DNA of 64,000 bases from Octopus sinensis (lineage: Eukaryota). Below the pieces are notes generated by a model, which was not told the DNA's origin, ran no database searches, and saw nothing but the letters and a program-made list of their open reading frames with translations. The position numbers were made by a program, and so were the translations under genes. Positions 12,064 through 24,930 of the stretch are shown here, piece after piece (position 1 is the first letter of the stretch; each line of letters begins with the position of its first letter). The stretch spans positions 73,036,001 to 73,100,000 of the forward strand of contig NC_043003.1 of assembly GCF_006345805.1 (NCBI RefSeq), in the 5' to 3' direction.

Positions 12064-12395
12064 TCTCTGAAAGAAATGGAGAAACTCTCAAAATACAAAG
12101 ACCTGGAAATAGAGGTAACTAGAATGTGGAACCTGAAAACAGAAACAATTCCTATCATAGTAGGTGCATTATGCATGATGAAAAAATATTCAGACAATAC
12201 ATAACAAAAACACCAGGACTTACAAACACATATAACATACAGAAAATTGCACTACTAGGCACTGCACACATCCTACGCAGACACTTTCCATACAATAACC
12301 ATCAGAGCATCACAACAAATCACAGCACATACCCAAGGCACACAGAGCTGCACTCGTAGTGAAGTGAAAGCACGCTATAAAAATAAAACTACTGA
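12061..12395 (+). mobile_element. R4/Dong-like non-LTR retrotransposon 3' end
   Basis: SLKEMEKLSKYKDLEIEVTRMWNLKTETIPIIVGAL...YNIQKIALLGTAHILRR (REL endonuclease C-terminus), flanked by (AAT)n. Confidence 0.75.
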
Positions 12396-13044
12396 ATAAT
12401 AATAATAAAATAATAAAATAATAATAATATAATAATAATAATAATAATAATAATAAATGCCCTGATGCAGTACCAGGCAGCGGCTCTCATGGCTTCTGAT
12501 CTTAACTGATTGGAAGTGTTATCATGTACATTGTTTTGTCTTGGTATAAAAGATGGGCTACAGCAAATATTCTGCTCAATACCACAGATTTGCTTGTCAG
12601 TTGTTTGACCTTAACCAGTTGAGCATGTCCCTTAGTGGCTGACGATATGTGCATCTCTGATCACGAGCAGAAGTAGTGGGGGAGCATCATAGCCATGTGT
12701 TGAGAGGGATTCTTTTGGGTTTGAATAGTTCACCTCTGGAAACATGGGTGGTTCTTTCAACATCCTTAAACAACCCTTATTCAGGGACCGTTTGAAGCGG
12801 GATGGGCTACTCAACCTGAAGAAAATTCTAACTGGGCCCCACCTGCAAGATCATGTGCTGTTTATCTTGATATGAGATCACCATGTCGCACACATATGGT
12901 TGTGATGCATGTGCCTGGTATACCTTTATCAGACGGGTAGTCATGATGGGTATATTGGGCTTCGTATATTTTACCCCAGTGTCACTTTGATGGCATGAAC
13001 TGCTCTCTCACTCAATAATAATAATAATAATAATACGCACCTGT

Positions 13045-13520
13045 AGAGTACAAATCAAGACATTACAGAGTTAGCCAATATCTACATTGGATATTGTGTC
13101 GGCATTATAACATCAAAACTGCTGACAAATAGTACAAGCACTACTCTGAGGCTGTAACTGAGGGAGAAAATGTAACTATTCTTTGGGACTTCCAGTATGT
13201 ACAAACCGGACCATGAAGGCAAATAAATCAGATATTGTTGTGAAAGTCTAAAGCAATAAAGTCTATTTATTGATTGACATGAGCATACTCTGTCACCATA
13301 ATATCTCGGCAAAAGAATTTGATAAGCTCAGAAAATATAAAGATTTGCTAATCGAAATCGATTAGCATCTCAAGACAGTTATAAGGGGCACTTGGAATGA
13401 TCGAAAACGGAACTGAAAATTATTTGAGAGTGATCCCTGGCTTACCATCCATGCAGGAATTGCAAAAGATTGTCTTAACTAGTACGTCACACGTATTGAG
13501 AAAGGCATTGTTGCTGGGAC
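13045..13520 (+). mobile_element. R4/Dong-like REL endonuclease fragment
   Basis: VSQYLHWILCRHY...TILWDF...ANKSDIVV...LLIDMS...KEFDKLRKYKDLLIEI...MQELQKIVLTSTSHVLRKAL. Confidence 0.75.
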
Positions 13521-13926
13521 GTTTCCTTCCTTTTACCTCACTTTATTTTATTTGTTTACTTTTCTATTTTTTATTTTCCTTTTTTCTCTCTGTCCTCTCT
13601 TTTCTCTATCACATGACTCTGTAAATGAACAGTCTAGTGTGTTTGCTTAAATGGCCTACCAATGTATACAGTACGTTTCTCTGGCCTAGGCGTCAGGAAG
13701 ACACTCGGCAAGAAATGGAAACAGAATTGAAAGAAGATGCTAATGAAAATAATGATAATAATAAGAACAAGAGCACTCAGAAATCGCAAACCTATGCGAA
13801 GGCAACACCGACGTCCTCACAACGATCAGCCGGAGATAATTTTAAAAATGAGAATAACTCCACAGCTCTCACAAACGAGAATGCTAAAAATGAACCCGAC
13901 CGCTCTAAAAAATTAAGTAAGAATAC

Positions 13927-14200
13927 CGGTACCTGGTCGATCCCAGTGGTAGACATGAAATGTGAATGTGGGTGTGCGGGCCGTGTTTGTAATGCTGCAT
14001 GTGTGTCGTCTGCAGTGGGAACAGGGACAGTTTTCTCTATGAAGGCCTTTTTTAGTCTATCCACAGAAACAGTGTCTTTACGACCATTAAGGTATATGGT
14101 GAAAAATTCATTCGTGCGTGTAAGAAAACGGAAAGAACCTGCATATGGTGTTGCTAACGGAGGCTTAACTACATCGTTGCGCAAACAGGAGCGATCTATT
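13927..14200 (-). mobile_element. Gypsy LTR retrotransposon integrase C-terminal fragment
   Basis: RNDVVKPPLATPYAGSFRFLTRTNEFFTIYLNGRKDTVSVDRLKKAF is the typical Gypsy post-integrase GPF/VxRLK motif. Confidence 0.7.
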
Positions 14201-14471
14201 CAAAATTGGTAAAACTAATTGGCGAGGATAAATTACATTTATAATTGTTACTGAATACGTTAGTATTATTTAATTTCTGAACGGGTTTCCTGCCGTTTGT
14301 TTATGTAGTTTGATTTCTTTATCCGTCAGTTTCTACTAAGATAGAGACGCAAGTAAGATTCATAATAGAGAAACGTAAATAAAACTTTAGAAACAGTAAC
14401 GCCGACCTAACTTACACACAGCATTATAAACACGGCCCGCACACCCACATTCATATTCCATGACTACTATT

Positions 14472-14780
14472 GGGATCGACCAGGTACCGAACAAGGATTC
14501 TGGATTATTTTTCAAGGGAGATAATCAGAGAAAGACTTGAAGGTGAACGTAAGATCGTAATACTTCATTTAAAGTAAATATAACAAATAATCCAGAATCC
14601 TTGTCCGGTATCGGATCGATCCCAAAATCTAAACAATTCGTGCCATTCACGAGGCCAAACATCCCTGAATGTTTCATCCGAATCCATCCGGTGGTCCTTG
14701 AGATAACTTGTCCACGGATAAACAAATAAGCAAACACGACTGAAAAACATTACCTCCGCCTTCGCTTAGGCGGAGGTAAT
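14472..14780. mobile_element. Non-autonomous element with subterminal inverted repeat and terminal hairpin (Helentron/HINE-like?)
   Basis: 38-bp inverted repeat 14472-14509 / 14586-14623, and a perfect 13-bp hairpin attacctccgcct-tcgctt-aggcggaggtaat at 14749-14780. Confidence 0.4.
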
Positions 14781-15707
14781 AATCCTTTCTGCTATAGGCA
14801 CGCGGTCTGAAATTCTAGGGGCGGGGGTTATTCAATTGCATCAATACAAGAGCTCAACTGATCCTTAACTTATCGATAACCAAAGGGTGAATAACAAAGG
14901 ACCTTAACTGAATCTAAGCTAAAATATGTGGCTACTGAATACCATGATAGTACGATTGTAAGAAAAACATTTAGCTGTCTAACTCTACCGGGTTTAAATA
15001 GAAAAAGTAAATTTTTACCAAATGTTGACAGATGGTGACACAAACATGACACTTCAGATTTTTTTATAACGGTAGAAAGTCAATATCTTCTCACCAAAAA
15101 TTACCAAAAATCATGCAATGAAAAAAGAAAACAAAGTACAATAATCTATATAATATCTAGAAGGGAGAAGTACGAATTATCAACCTAGCTTTTGGTTGCC
15201 GAGATTTAGGCAAGCTACAACGCATTAAAACTCACAGTTGAGATTTACAATAAAATGTGATGTCAATAGTAAAGTGGTTGTATAAATATACACGAGAAGT
15301 CTCAGAAGCGACCACAATATCTGTGTCCCTCACACAAGCAAGGAAATCAAGTCAAATTGATCAGATATTGTGACCAGATATTGCACAAATAGTAACGTCC
15401 GTTCATACATATAATTCAAGGAAATGGGAAAGAAAATCCAAATATAAGAATCTAGAAAATCTAGATTATCCGAATGTTGATTATATTGAGAGATACGATG
15501 GGAATTATAAAAAAAAAGAAAAGAAAAAGATGGCAAATGCGTTGAAGAAATGAGATTCATAACGACAAATTGGAAGAGGAAAACTTCTATATATTATTTA
15601 TGCATATATATATATATTTATATATACACATTATGCATGCGTACATACATATATCATACATCCATCCATACATATAAACCATTATACATTTTGTACAATT
15701 TCTCCAT

Positions 15708-15802
<95 letters not shown>

Positions 15803-16344
15803 TGTGTGTGTGTGTGTACATATACATGTAATGAAGCTAACATAATAAATAGTATATGTAACAAGGTACAAGCAAATATTTGAAGTTTTAGAAAAGGATA
15901 AATTATCGATATACTTCTTCAAAGAACATATCAAGTGTATATGCATATCGTTTGTAAATTGGTATGAACGTTATATTTTCAAATGATAAAAATTATTCTA
16001 AAATTCATAATTTTTATGTGAGATGCAAGCTGGAAGGAGAATGTGTAAGTAGGCTTGCACGTTTAGACACAAAGATAAACATGAAAAATGTCTACACGTA
16101 TAGATTTATTTATGATATTTGCGTATTCATGTATGTAGATGTGTGTTTTATACACGGATATGGACATCATGTTTATGTGTGCTGCTATATCTATGTATGA
16201 GTTTATTAGTTTATGCAGTATGCATTTGAGTTTCACTATATGACATATTGTTATAATACTGTTATACTCGTATATATATATATATATATGAAATTTACAG
16301 AAAAACAAAAGACGAGATAGGTGTGTAAACAACAAGCAGGTCTA

Positions 16345-17260
16345 TTACTTTGACTCTCAGGAATTTTATTTACGTTTCGAGCCTACTCTCTTCAACAGAG
16401 AGAAACACGAGGAAATAAACAGAAAGAGAAAAAAAAAATTTTGGAGTTAGCGGTCAATCATGGCGACTGGCTGGACAAAGATTGTTAGACAAGAATACTA
16501 GGAGAAGGCGGAGATTATAAAGTATTTGTGATCCCAAACCGAAGGTGCGCGTGCGTGTGTGTATGTAAGAGTGTATAAGTGTGTGTATGTGGATGTGGCT
16601 AGTGACTTTGACGTGTTGATGTGTGCGTGTGTAAGTGTGTGCGTCTGTAATATGTGGGTGTGTGGATGATGTGTGGATGCTAGGAAGTGGTCACTGCTAG
16701 TGTGTCCGAGTTGGTGTGATGTGGTGCGGTGGTGTGTGATGTAGCGGTGATTGGTTGTGGGAAGGTGAGTGTGGGGTGTGAGTTTGGGATGGGGATGTCG
16801 GGGTAAGGGTTGGGCATGTGTGAGCGGGATGTCTAGGGGTGGGGTGGATGGAAGGAGTATCAATGAAGGGAGAAGGTGAGTAGGAATGAAGAGAGGAAGT
16901 AGGTGTCAGGTCAAGAGAGAAGAGGAGAGGTGGGTAGGAGTGAAGAGAGAAAGTAGGTGTCAGATGAAGAGAGGAGTGGGGAGAGGAGTCAGATAAAGTG
17001 GGGAGGGGAGTTGATCCCATGTGGCGTAAAGGAGCGAAGTGAGAAGATTAATTCTTGTTCTCGGCGAAGGTGGGAGTCCGGATAACCTCTGTGCAAAGAC
17101 AGTCCGAACACAGACAAGTGTTGTAAGAATGACCGGTTTATCAGAAATGGCGCGAGACCGGGTGTCATTGTCGAGTCTAATTTTTCGGAGGTGCTTCGCA
17201 AACCGGTCAGCCAAGCGGTGTCCCGTTTGACCGATGTACAGAGGAGAGAAAGAGGGGGAG
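16345..17260 (-). mobile_element. Penelope-like element 3' part: GIY-YIG + tail with decayed hammerhead
   Basis: LYIGQTGHRLADRFAKHLRKIRLDND and REQELIFSLRSFTPHGIN. The tail ends in ctgttga-agag-agtagg-ctc-GAAACGTA at about 16365-16403. Confidence 0.7.
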
Positions 17261-17623
17261 ATATATTTCAAATGTCTGCGTTTACATTTTGTATATTGAC
17301 TCACACACGCGCGCACACACACAAACACACACACTCATACACACCCAGATATATACACACATGCACACCCACACATATAAATACATATATATATATGTGT
17401 ATATATATGCATATATATATATGTATATGTGTGTGTTAATGTATATGTATGTAATTATGCATCAATGTATGTATTTGTATCTTTATATTAACATTACATT
17501 TCTGAATGTATTGTCAATTTCAAACCAACATACATAAAGTAATTTTCGATAGTTACATATACCTTTATGCTGATAGCTCATCATGATATGCACATTTAGT
17601 TACGCATACACTCATATATGTTT

Positions 17624-17672
<49 letters not shown>

Positions 17673-18701
17673 TGTGAGTGTATGTGAGTGTTTCTGTGTA
17701 TGAGTATGAGTATATATAGAATTGTCTCAAATCAACAAATCAGTTTCTACAAACGTACTAGTGATTATACACGGTCTATAAATTTAGCACAGTATAAAAA
17801 CAACCTCTTCTGATTATGATAGAATCAATTATGTATCCGTATAAACAAATGCACGCTCCAATATACACCATCGTCACACATCTCTATTTAGCCAACTTCT
17901 CGCAAACTGAAGTAATGTCGTTTATGAAACACATACTTTGAAACATGTCGCATATTCGCCAACCCATTTCAAAGCATGAATATTCGTACTGTATATGATT
18001 AATATAATTGCAACTCATATTTAGAAATAGTGGGTCTGTAAATTTTATTTCATGTTTTCTTGTAAGTTTGTATTTTATGTGGATAAGCAATACAATGGTG
18101 AGTTTAGTGCTATAGAAAAGTCGTGTTATTATGAGTTTTCAGAAATCTATAAATGGTCAGATTTTGGACTACGATGAATATTGGTAAAAAGATAGAAATT
18201 AAAGTTAATAAAAACAGTGCATTCTCCACAGGAGCTTTCTATCCATAACTGGATTTTTATAATATATAAATAAATGAATAAAAATAAATATAAATAAATT
18301 AAAAAATTGCCAACCCTTCCCTGTTGTCTCATGGATAAAATATTGTTGCCTATCCTGGTCGCTCTGTACTAAACAAAATATTAGGAATCTGGAGACTAAT
18401 TACAAAAGGCGAAACCATACAATAAAGGGAATGACACGACTTGATTCTCTTCAGAAAGCTCAAACGATCTTGTGTTCAAAATTACTATGAGCGCTACATC
18501 ATTTATACACTGTAGAAAATGAACCTAGTCAGCATGGCCCAGATGACAGTAACATCAAGTTTACAGCTCACCAGAGCCACCTATGCCTTACTTGTAGAGA
18601 ATTCAACTAAAATAATAATCAGTTTCCCATATCATACCAATTTTTCTACTAGTTTCATTAACAACAATAAAAGTGCACTGAGAACATCAAGAACAACAAC
18701 G

Positions 18702-18764
<63 letters not shown>

Positions 18765-19132
18765 GTAAAAATACTTGTGAAAGGAGGAGTATTACTTCAA
18801 ATTTGGAAAGTAAATCGATTATCTGGGATCTTCAATCAATACTTATTTTATAGGTTCCAATATCTTTGTAGAAAACACAATTACTTTGTGAGAAGAAATA
18901 TCAATAGAATCGCCATTTTTGTCACCGTTTTGTTAACAGGTTTGTAACTGCTGCTACTACTGCCACTACTACTACTTCTGCTGTTGCCATTGTTCTTGTT
19001 GATAATGTCATTCTGAATCCTGTGGTTTCGTGGTTTATACTTTTAAGACGCATTTTTCATTATTCACGTGTGTGACACTGATTACACAATAGCAGAGAAT
19101 ATTTGTTAAAAAAGTAGATATCGTAAAATGCA

Positions 19133-19163
<31 letters not shown>

Positions 19164-19380
19164 CTTCTTCTTCTTCTTCTTCTTCTTCTTCTTCTTCTTC
19201 TTCTTCTTCTTCTCCTTCTCCTTCTTCTTCTTCTTCTTCTTTTCTTCTTCTTCTCCTTCTCTTCTTCTTCTTCTTCTCCTTCTTCTTCTTCTTCTTCTTC
19301 TTCTTCTTCTCCTTCTTCTTCTTCTTCTTCTTCATCTTCATCTTCTTCTTCTTCTTCTTCTTCTTCTTCTTCTTCTTCTT
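19133..19380. repeat. (TTC)n microsatellite
   Basis: Direct inspection. Similar tracts at 11650-11760, 32345-32460 and 52561-52810. Confidence 0.95.
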
Positions 19381-19779
19381 CCCCTTTCTAATGAAAACAG
19401 AGTTATTTGTGTTTGAAATAGTTCTAAAACATTGACTGAAGTTAAAACAACAATCTGGTATTTCTAATCAGACGCACATGTATAGATCCACACAAACTTG
19501 CACATCCGCGCGCAACAGTCTATTGAAATCATGGGACATACGTACACAAAGTAAATCCTGTGACAAATCACAGCCGACGTGATACTAAAGGCATAAGGTT
19601 TGAAATTTGATGGGAGGGGACTAGTCAATTACATCGAACCCGATGAGAGTAAAGTTGACTTCAGTGGAATTTGAACTTAGAATGTAAAAATGGACGAAGT
19701 GTCGCTAAGCATTTTGCCCGGCGTGCTAATGATTCTGTCAGTTTACCACGTTTTGATGATGATGATGATGATGATGATA

Positions 19780-19819
19780 ATAATAATAATAATAGTAATA
19801 ACGATAATGATGATGATTT

Positions 19820-19911
<92 letters not shown>

Positions 19912-19935
19912 GTAATAATAATAATAGTAATAATG
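19780..19935. repeat. (AAT)n microsatellite
   Basis: Direct inspection. Similar tracts at 12000-12060, 12400-12455 and 18735-18762. Confidence 0.95.
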
Positions 19936-19944
19936 ATATATTTC

Positions 19945-20480
19945 AAGGAGATTGCTGTGATTTGTGTGATACCCCTCACACAGATACTACGGAAAGTGAC
20001 ATCGGAGTACACCTTGAAAAGTGGAGGAAAATAAAATAATCCGTTATATCTAGATGACTTAAATATATTTGGAGTAAATACCGAAAGTGAAATAAATGGC
20101 CTAGTTTCAACAGTGCAGATATTCAGTAAGGATATCGGAATGGAATAAGGACTAAAAAGTGTGGTATGCTTATAATACAAAGTGGTAAATTAGTGTCATC
20201 AGATAGTGTAGAGCTACCCAACGGCGAGAAAATCAAGGATATTGAGATATAAATATCTGAGGATTTTAGAATACGACAAAATGAAGGCAAGTGAAATGAA
20301 GGAGAGACTTAGGCGAGAATATCTCAGAATAACCAAGTTAATTATGGGAAAAACAAAATCAGAGCAATGACACATGGACTGTTTCCTTAATGCGATACGG
20401 CGTAGGTGTTATTAGGTGGATAAAGAACGAGCTTAAGGAAATGGAGAGTAAAACTAGAAAAGTGATGATAATTAACAGGG
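19945..20480 (+). mobile_element. R4/Dong-like RT fragment
   Basis: FQGD...VICVIPLTQILRKV...LYLDDLNIF...VSTVQIFSKDIGME*GLKKCG...YKYL.ILE. Confidence 0.75.
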
Positions 20481-20489
20481 AACTACATC

Positions 20490-20600
20490 CTCAAAAAGGC
20501 AAAGTCGACCTCGGTGGAATTTGAACTCAGAACGTAACGGCAGACGAAATACCGCTAAGCATTTCGCCCGGCATGCTAACGTTTCTGCCAGCTCGCCACC
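20490..20600 (-). mobile_element. tRNA-derived SINE, family 1 head
   Basis: aaaggcaaagtcgacctcggtggaatttgaactcagaacgtaacggcagacgaaataccgctaagcatttcgcccggcatgctaacgtttctgccagctcgcc. Confidence 0.75.
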
Positions 20601-20631
20601 TGAGCTTCTCCAGGTATTGCAATATCTATGA

Positions 20632-20769
20632 TCTGAACCTGCTGGTGATGATGACATTGATGTGAGTACAGTGAAGGAAAACTTGCCTCTGTTCGTGTCA
20701 CACTGGACACTTTTAACAGGTCTTGCTCAAGATTTTACTAGGTCGACGGAAATAAGTGAAAGAAGTAAC
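20632..20769 (+). pseudogene. Intronic partial duplicate of the mucin exon (copy of 22389..22532)
   Basis: tctgaacctgctggtgatgatgacattgatgtgagtacag...caagattttactaggtcgacggaaataagtgaa aligns to 22389..22532 with scattered substitutions and a 6-nt deletion. Confidence 0.9.
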
Positions 20770-21310
20770 GAGGCATCACACCCTTCATTGTTGACAACCC
20801 CTAAAACCATGATAGTTGGAGGGAATTTTGTATGCATAACACTCAGAATATCAGAAGGGTCTACACATAATAATCTGTCATTTCTTCTGTTAACTTTTGA
20901 TCTTGGTCGAAGTTTTTCTCGCTTGAGGAAAACCAAATCAATTCTTCTTCTGCTAGATTTTTCAGTTTGTTTAAGAACCTTTTAGATCTGATTTAGTGAT
21001 TTTATTTTGATTTTTCTGACAAATTGACCTTTTCTCATCATATAAGACTTATATCTAATGTTTTCGTGGACAACATTTTTTACTGTTCCTTCTGACACAT
21101 GGAGATCTTTTGCAATTGACCCCATGTACTTTCTGGGATTGTAATCAATGGTCTGTTGAACTTGCTGACTAAATTCTAGTGTTCCAATGATTTCAAAGCG
21201 TTTAGAATACGTTTTTATGCTTTGATGCTGGTGATACGTTTCCATATTTAGTCTAACTCCTTACAAACTTTGTAGACGAAAGATCTGGGAACTTTTAAAA
21301 ATCGAGATAT
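20770..21310 (-). mobile_element. Tc1/mariner (maT/DD37D-like) fragment
   Basis: QQVQQTIDYNPRKYMGSIAKDLHVSEGTVKNVVHENIRYKSYMMRKGQF and NDRLLCVDPSDILSVMHTKFPPTIMVLGVVNNEG. Confidence 0.7.
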
Positions 21311-22062
21311 TTCTAAATCGCTATGCTCAGCCTTTATAACCACAACAACAGCATGCCTCTTCCTTTCTTGAATAAGCTGAGGGTCTGCCACTATTATTTT
21401 CTGAAACAAAGATTATACAGAGTTAGCAGAAAATGCAGCAATGGTCTAGAAAGGTATATCCTAGCTTACGCACTCTGTATATTACTCAGAAAACATTCTC
21501 GCAGCTCATTATCTTCCTTACAACCATTCGTCTTATACCCATCACCAGCATGAACATCAACTATCTCAGCCTGATCAATACCATAATCATCACCACCCTC
21601 ATCACCACCCTCATCACCATCCTCAGCAGTACCAACAAAAGTAATAGCGTCTCAGAATTTGCGGAAACATAATTAAGCATGACTGATTCCTTACCATTGA
21701 TACCACTTACAAATGCCTATGCAGTTTAATGCTGTTTATAAGAAAATGACTATTAAAATGTATTTCCATATGCACTTTAACGCCCCCCCCACACACACAA
21801 CCACACACGCACACACGCACACACGCACACCATACACATACATACACATATATACACATTCATGCATTTATGCACATCTCTATATATGCGTCCGTGTATA
21901 TAAATGATATCTATGTATGTATGTATGTAGTATGTATGTATGTATGTATGTATCTATCTATCTATCTATATATATATCTTCTATTTATCTATCAATATGT
22001 CTGTCTGTCTGTCTATCTGTATGCACCTGTATATTTGTATATGTAATTTTTTTGTCTTTCAG

Positions 22063-23712
22063 AGACTGCTAATCCATCATCAGGAGTCGTCGATGTAACT
22101 ACATCTGGAAATACGTCAATGATAATGAGCATCACAACAGCTGGCATTGATTATTCGACACAAAACACAGCACAAAATTTGACATCGTTTGCAAACACAA
22201 GGAATATTGTTGACGTCACTCCACTGATTTCTTCTGAAAGACAGACAAACGTAGCTGAACTATCGCAAAAACCAGAATATGATGGAATTTCAGAAACTAG
22301 TACCAATAGCATTTACAGCACGAACAATAATAACGACATGGCATCTGATAATTCCATGTTTACACTTGTGACGATATCATACTTTGGTTCTGAACCTGCT
22401 GGTAATGATGACATTGATGTGAGTACAGTAAAAGAAAATTCGCCTCTGTTCGTGTCAGGCTGGACACCTTTAACAGACAGTAGTCTTGCTCAAGATTTTA
22501 CTAGGTCGACGGAAATAAGTGAATTAAGTAACATGATAATAACTATGCCGTTGACATCTGAGAATTACAAAACTGAAGATTATCTCACTGATACAAATAA
22601 AAATGTTAAAAATTCAGAGATTTCAACGATAGCCTTTACAGAATTGACAGAAAAATCTTCACCTGACATTATCAATAAACCATCAACTTTCAACACAGAT
22701 TATAAGGACATTACAGAAACCTCAGTAACCAATATGCAGACACTTGATAATGAATTATTTACACCAGGATCGATATTTACCATGAACGATTTCACAAATT
22801 TTGATGTAACTAATACTGAGGAAACTCCAGTTTCATCCACAACAGTCCAAACAGCTGATTTTCTGCTTACTACTTACAATTCTAAACCAGAAATAACCAG
22901 CCAAGCTGAAATAATGTTCACTTCCGACCTTATAACACCTGATGAACGCTTAACCATGTACGATACCTCACGACTAACGGCGAATTCTGTAACTAATACA
23001 GAAGATATTACGACGATTGATGTGAAAGAGAGAGATATCACAACACTTGATATTAACTATAACACTCAAAGTATTATATATGATTTGACATCGCATAGCA
23101 ACATAAGAGATACTAGCAACACCACACCAGATGTAAGCAACATTACTCCAGATTTTACGACATCTGGAGATATCACTGACTCTACACAAATCACAATGTC
23201 AGAAACTCATGATTATACGAAACACAATACTACGACATCTGGAGATATCACTGACTCTACACAAATCACAATGTCAGAAACTCATGATTATACGAAACAC
23301 AATACTACACAAGATGCATCACTTTCTACAGAAACAACAGATTCCACTACATACATTATTGTTACACCGAAAGACACTCCACCTTATACACTGGAGACAA
23401 CACCTGATATTGTCAGTACAACATATAACAACGTCAAAGAAGAATCCACAGTATCTTATACAATATCATCCGAAGCGAATGAAACAATTAGCTTGGCTTC
23501 AGGTTCAACTTTAAATTTTGTTACCTCTGACACAATCAATACGGAAGCCTATAGCTCAACACCTATAATTAATTCTGGAAGCCTGCAACCACAGACCACT
23601 CCGGTTACCGAAAACATATATACAGAAAATACACCGGTTGAATCACAGTCGATGACGGATATTTCATTAACGGCAACCGAGCCAGCTCTTACCACAACTG
23701 ATGTTTCACCAA
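22063..23712 (+). CDS. Host gene exon: Ser/Thr-rich mucin-like stalk (550 codons)
   Basis: Acceptor ttttttgtctttcag ends at 22062. The frame is open over 1650 nt and contains ORF 22119..23720, with T/S/D/E/N-rich composition and many N-x-S/T sequons. Donor CCAA|GTAGGT gives a symmetric phase-1 exon; an alternative donor AG|GTAAAT at 23716 is possible. Confidence 0.8.
23156..23305 (+). repeat. Perfect 75-bp tandem duplication inside the mucin exon
   Basis: 23156..23230 is identical to 23231..23305 and encodes TTSGDITDSTQITMSETHDYTKHNT twice. Confidence 0.95.
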
Positions 23713-23920
23713 GTAGGTAAATAATTTTCTCAACTTACACCTATGTACACGCATGTTCGCAAACACAAACACACACGCACACACACATGCACACGTGCAC
23801 TCTCTCTCACTCACTCACATACATGCATACATACGTACGTACATACATACATACATACATATAAATACATGCATATATGTGTCTGGAGGTAGCGATGCGC
23901 ATATAAACATAATTACACTT

Positions 23921-23976
<56 letters not shown>

Positions 23977-24006
23977 TTGAGTTGTGGGGTATCGCACGAG
24001 TGGGAT

Positions 24007-24930
24007 TATATATGAAAAAAGGTTTGAAAATGCAATTTAAACGATGTTTATTTACTTAACCGGTTTCACTCTTTGGTAAAAGATTGTCAAAAGAAACTTT
24101 GAATATTATGGGTTCAAAAAAAGTTTTTTACATAATTGTCACATTGAATATTATGAATTCAAAAATGTTTTTTTATACATAATTGTCACATTACATGTAT
24201 AAACATAGTATAAAAAAGTTCAATAGTATGATGAGAATATTTGGAAAAATTGGCAGAAAAGAATAAAACAAATATATTATTGGAAATTTGGTTGCGTTAA
24301 TTATTGGTTGTCGCCAATTGTCACATTACATGTATATATATACAGTCTTTGGTAGAAAGGACATGTTAAAGACATACGGAAGTGTAATAGTTTGGTGAGA
24401 AAGCTTGTAATATTGACAGAGAAAATTAAAATGGATATTTTAGACATCTCAGACTATTTTGAATCGAAGGCGAGAATTTGTTTTTACTGACCTGTTGTTT
24501 TAGCAGAAAAGTTGGATTGAGAGAAAAAAGATATGTACCAGTTTGGTTTATACTTCCCCTTCAAGCATCAGTGATTTTGGGGTTATTGGGAGGTGAGTAT
24601 GCGGGTGTGAATAGATGTGTCCGTGTGCCTGGTGGTCAGACAGCGTCTGTTTGTCACACACATATATATACACACACACACAACAACAATACACACACAC
24701 ATGATTCTCATCATACTATTGAACTTTTTTATACTATGTTTATACATGTAATGTGACAATTATGTATAAAAAAACATTTTTGAATTCATAATATTCAATG
24801 TGACAATTATGTAAAAAACTTTTTTGAACCCATAATATTCAAAGTTTCTTTTGACAATCTTTTACCAAGAGTGAACCGGTTAAGTAAATAAACATCGTTA
24901 AATTGCATTTTCAAACCTTTTTCATATATA
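24007..24930. repeat. Inverted repeat, arms of about 230 bp around a core of about 465 bp
   Basis: 24007-24238 matches the reverse complement of 24704-24930 almost perfectly. Each arm holds an internal tandem duplication of about 46 bp and a decayed hammerhead (ttgacaa-tcttt..aaaga-gt-GAAACCGGTT). Confidence 0.9.

Noticed and set aside
12455-13015. Non-coding 560-bp block between two R4/Dong fragments
   Set aside because: It looks like a common interspersed repeat from memory, but there is no second full copy or diagnostic motif in the window to classify it.
13625-14212. 195-aa + strand ORF as a host exon
   Set aside because: Its 3' half is the antisense of a Gypsy integrase fragment. The only acceptor (ctggcctag) gives phase 2, incompatible with the flanking phase-1 exons. 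The hydrophilic 5' part is probably transposon-derived.
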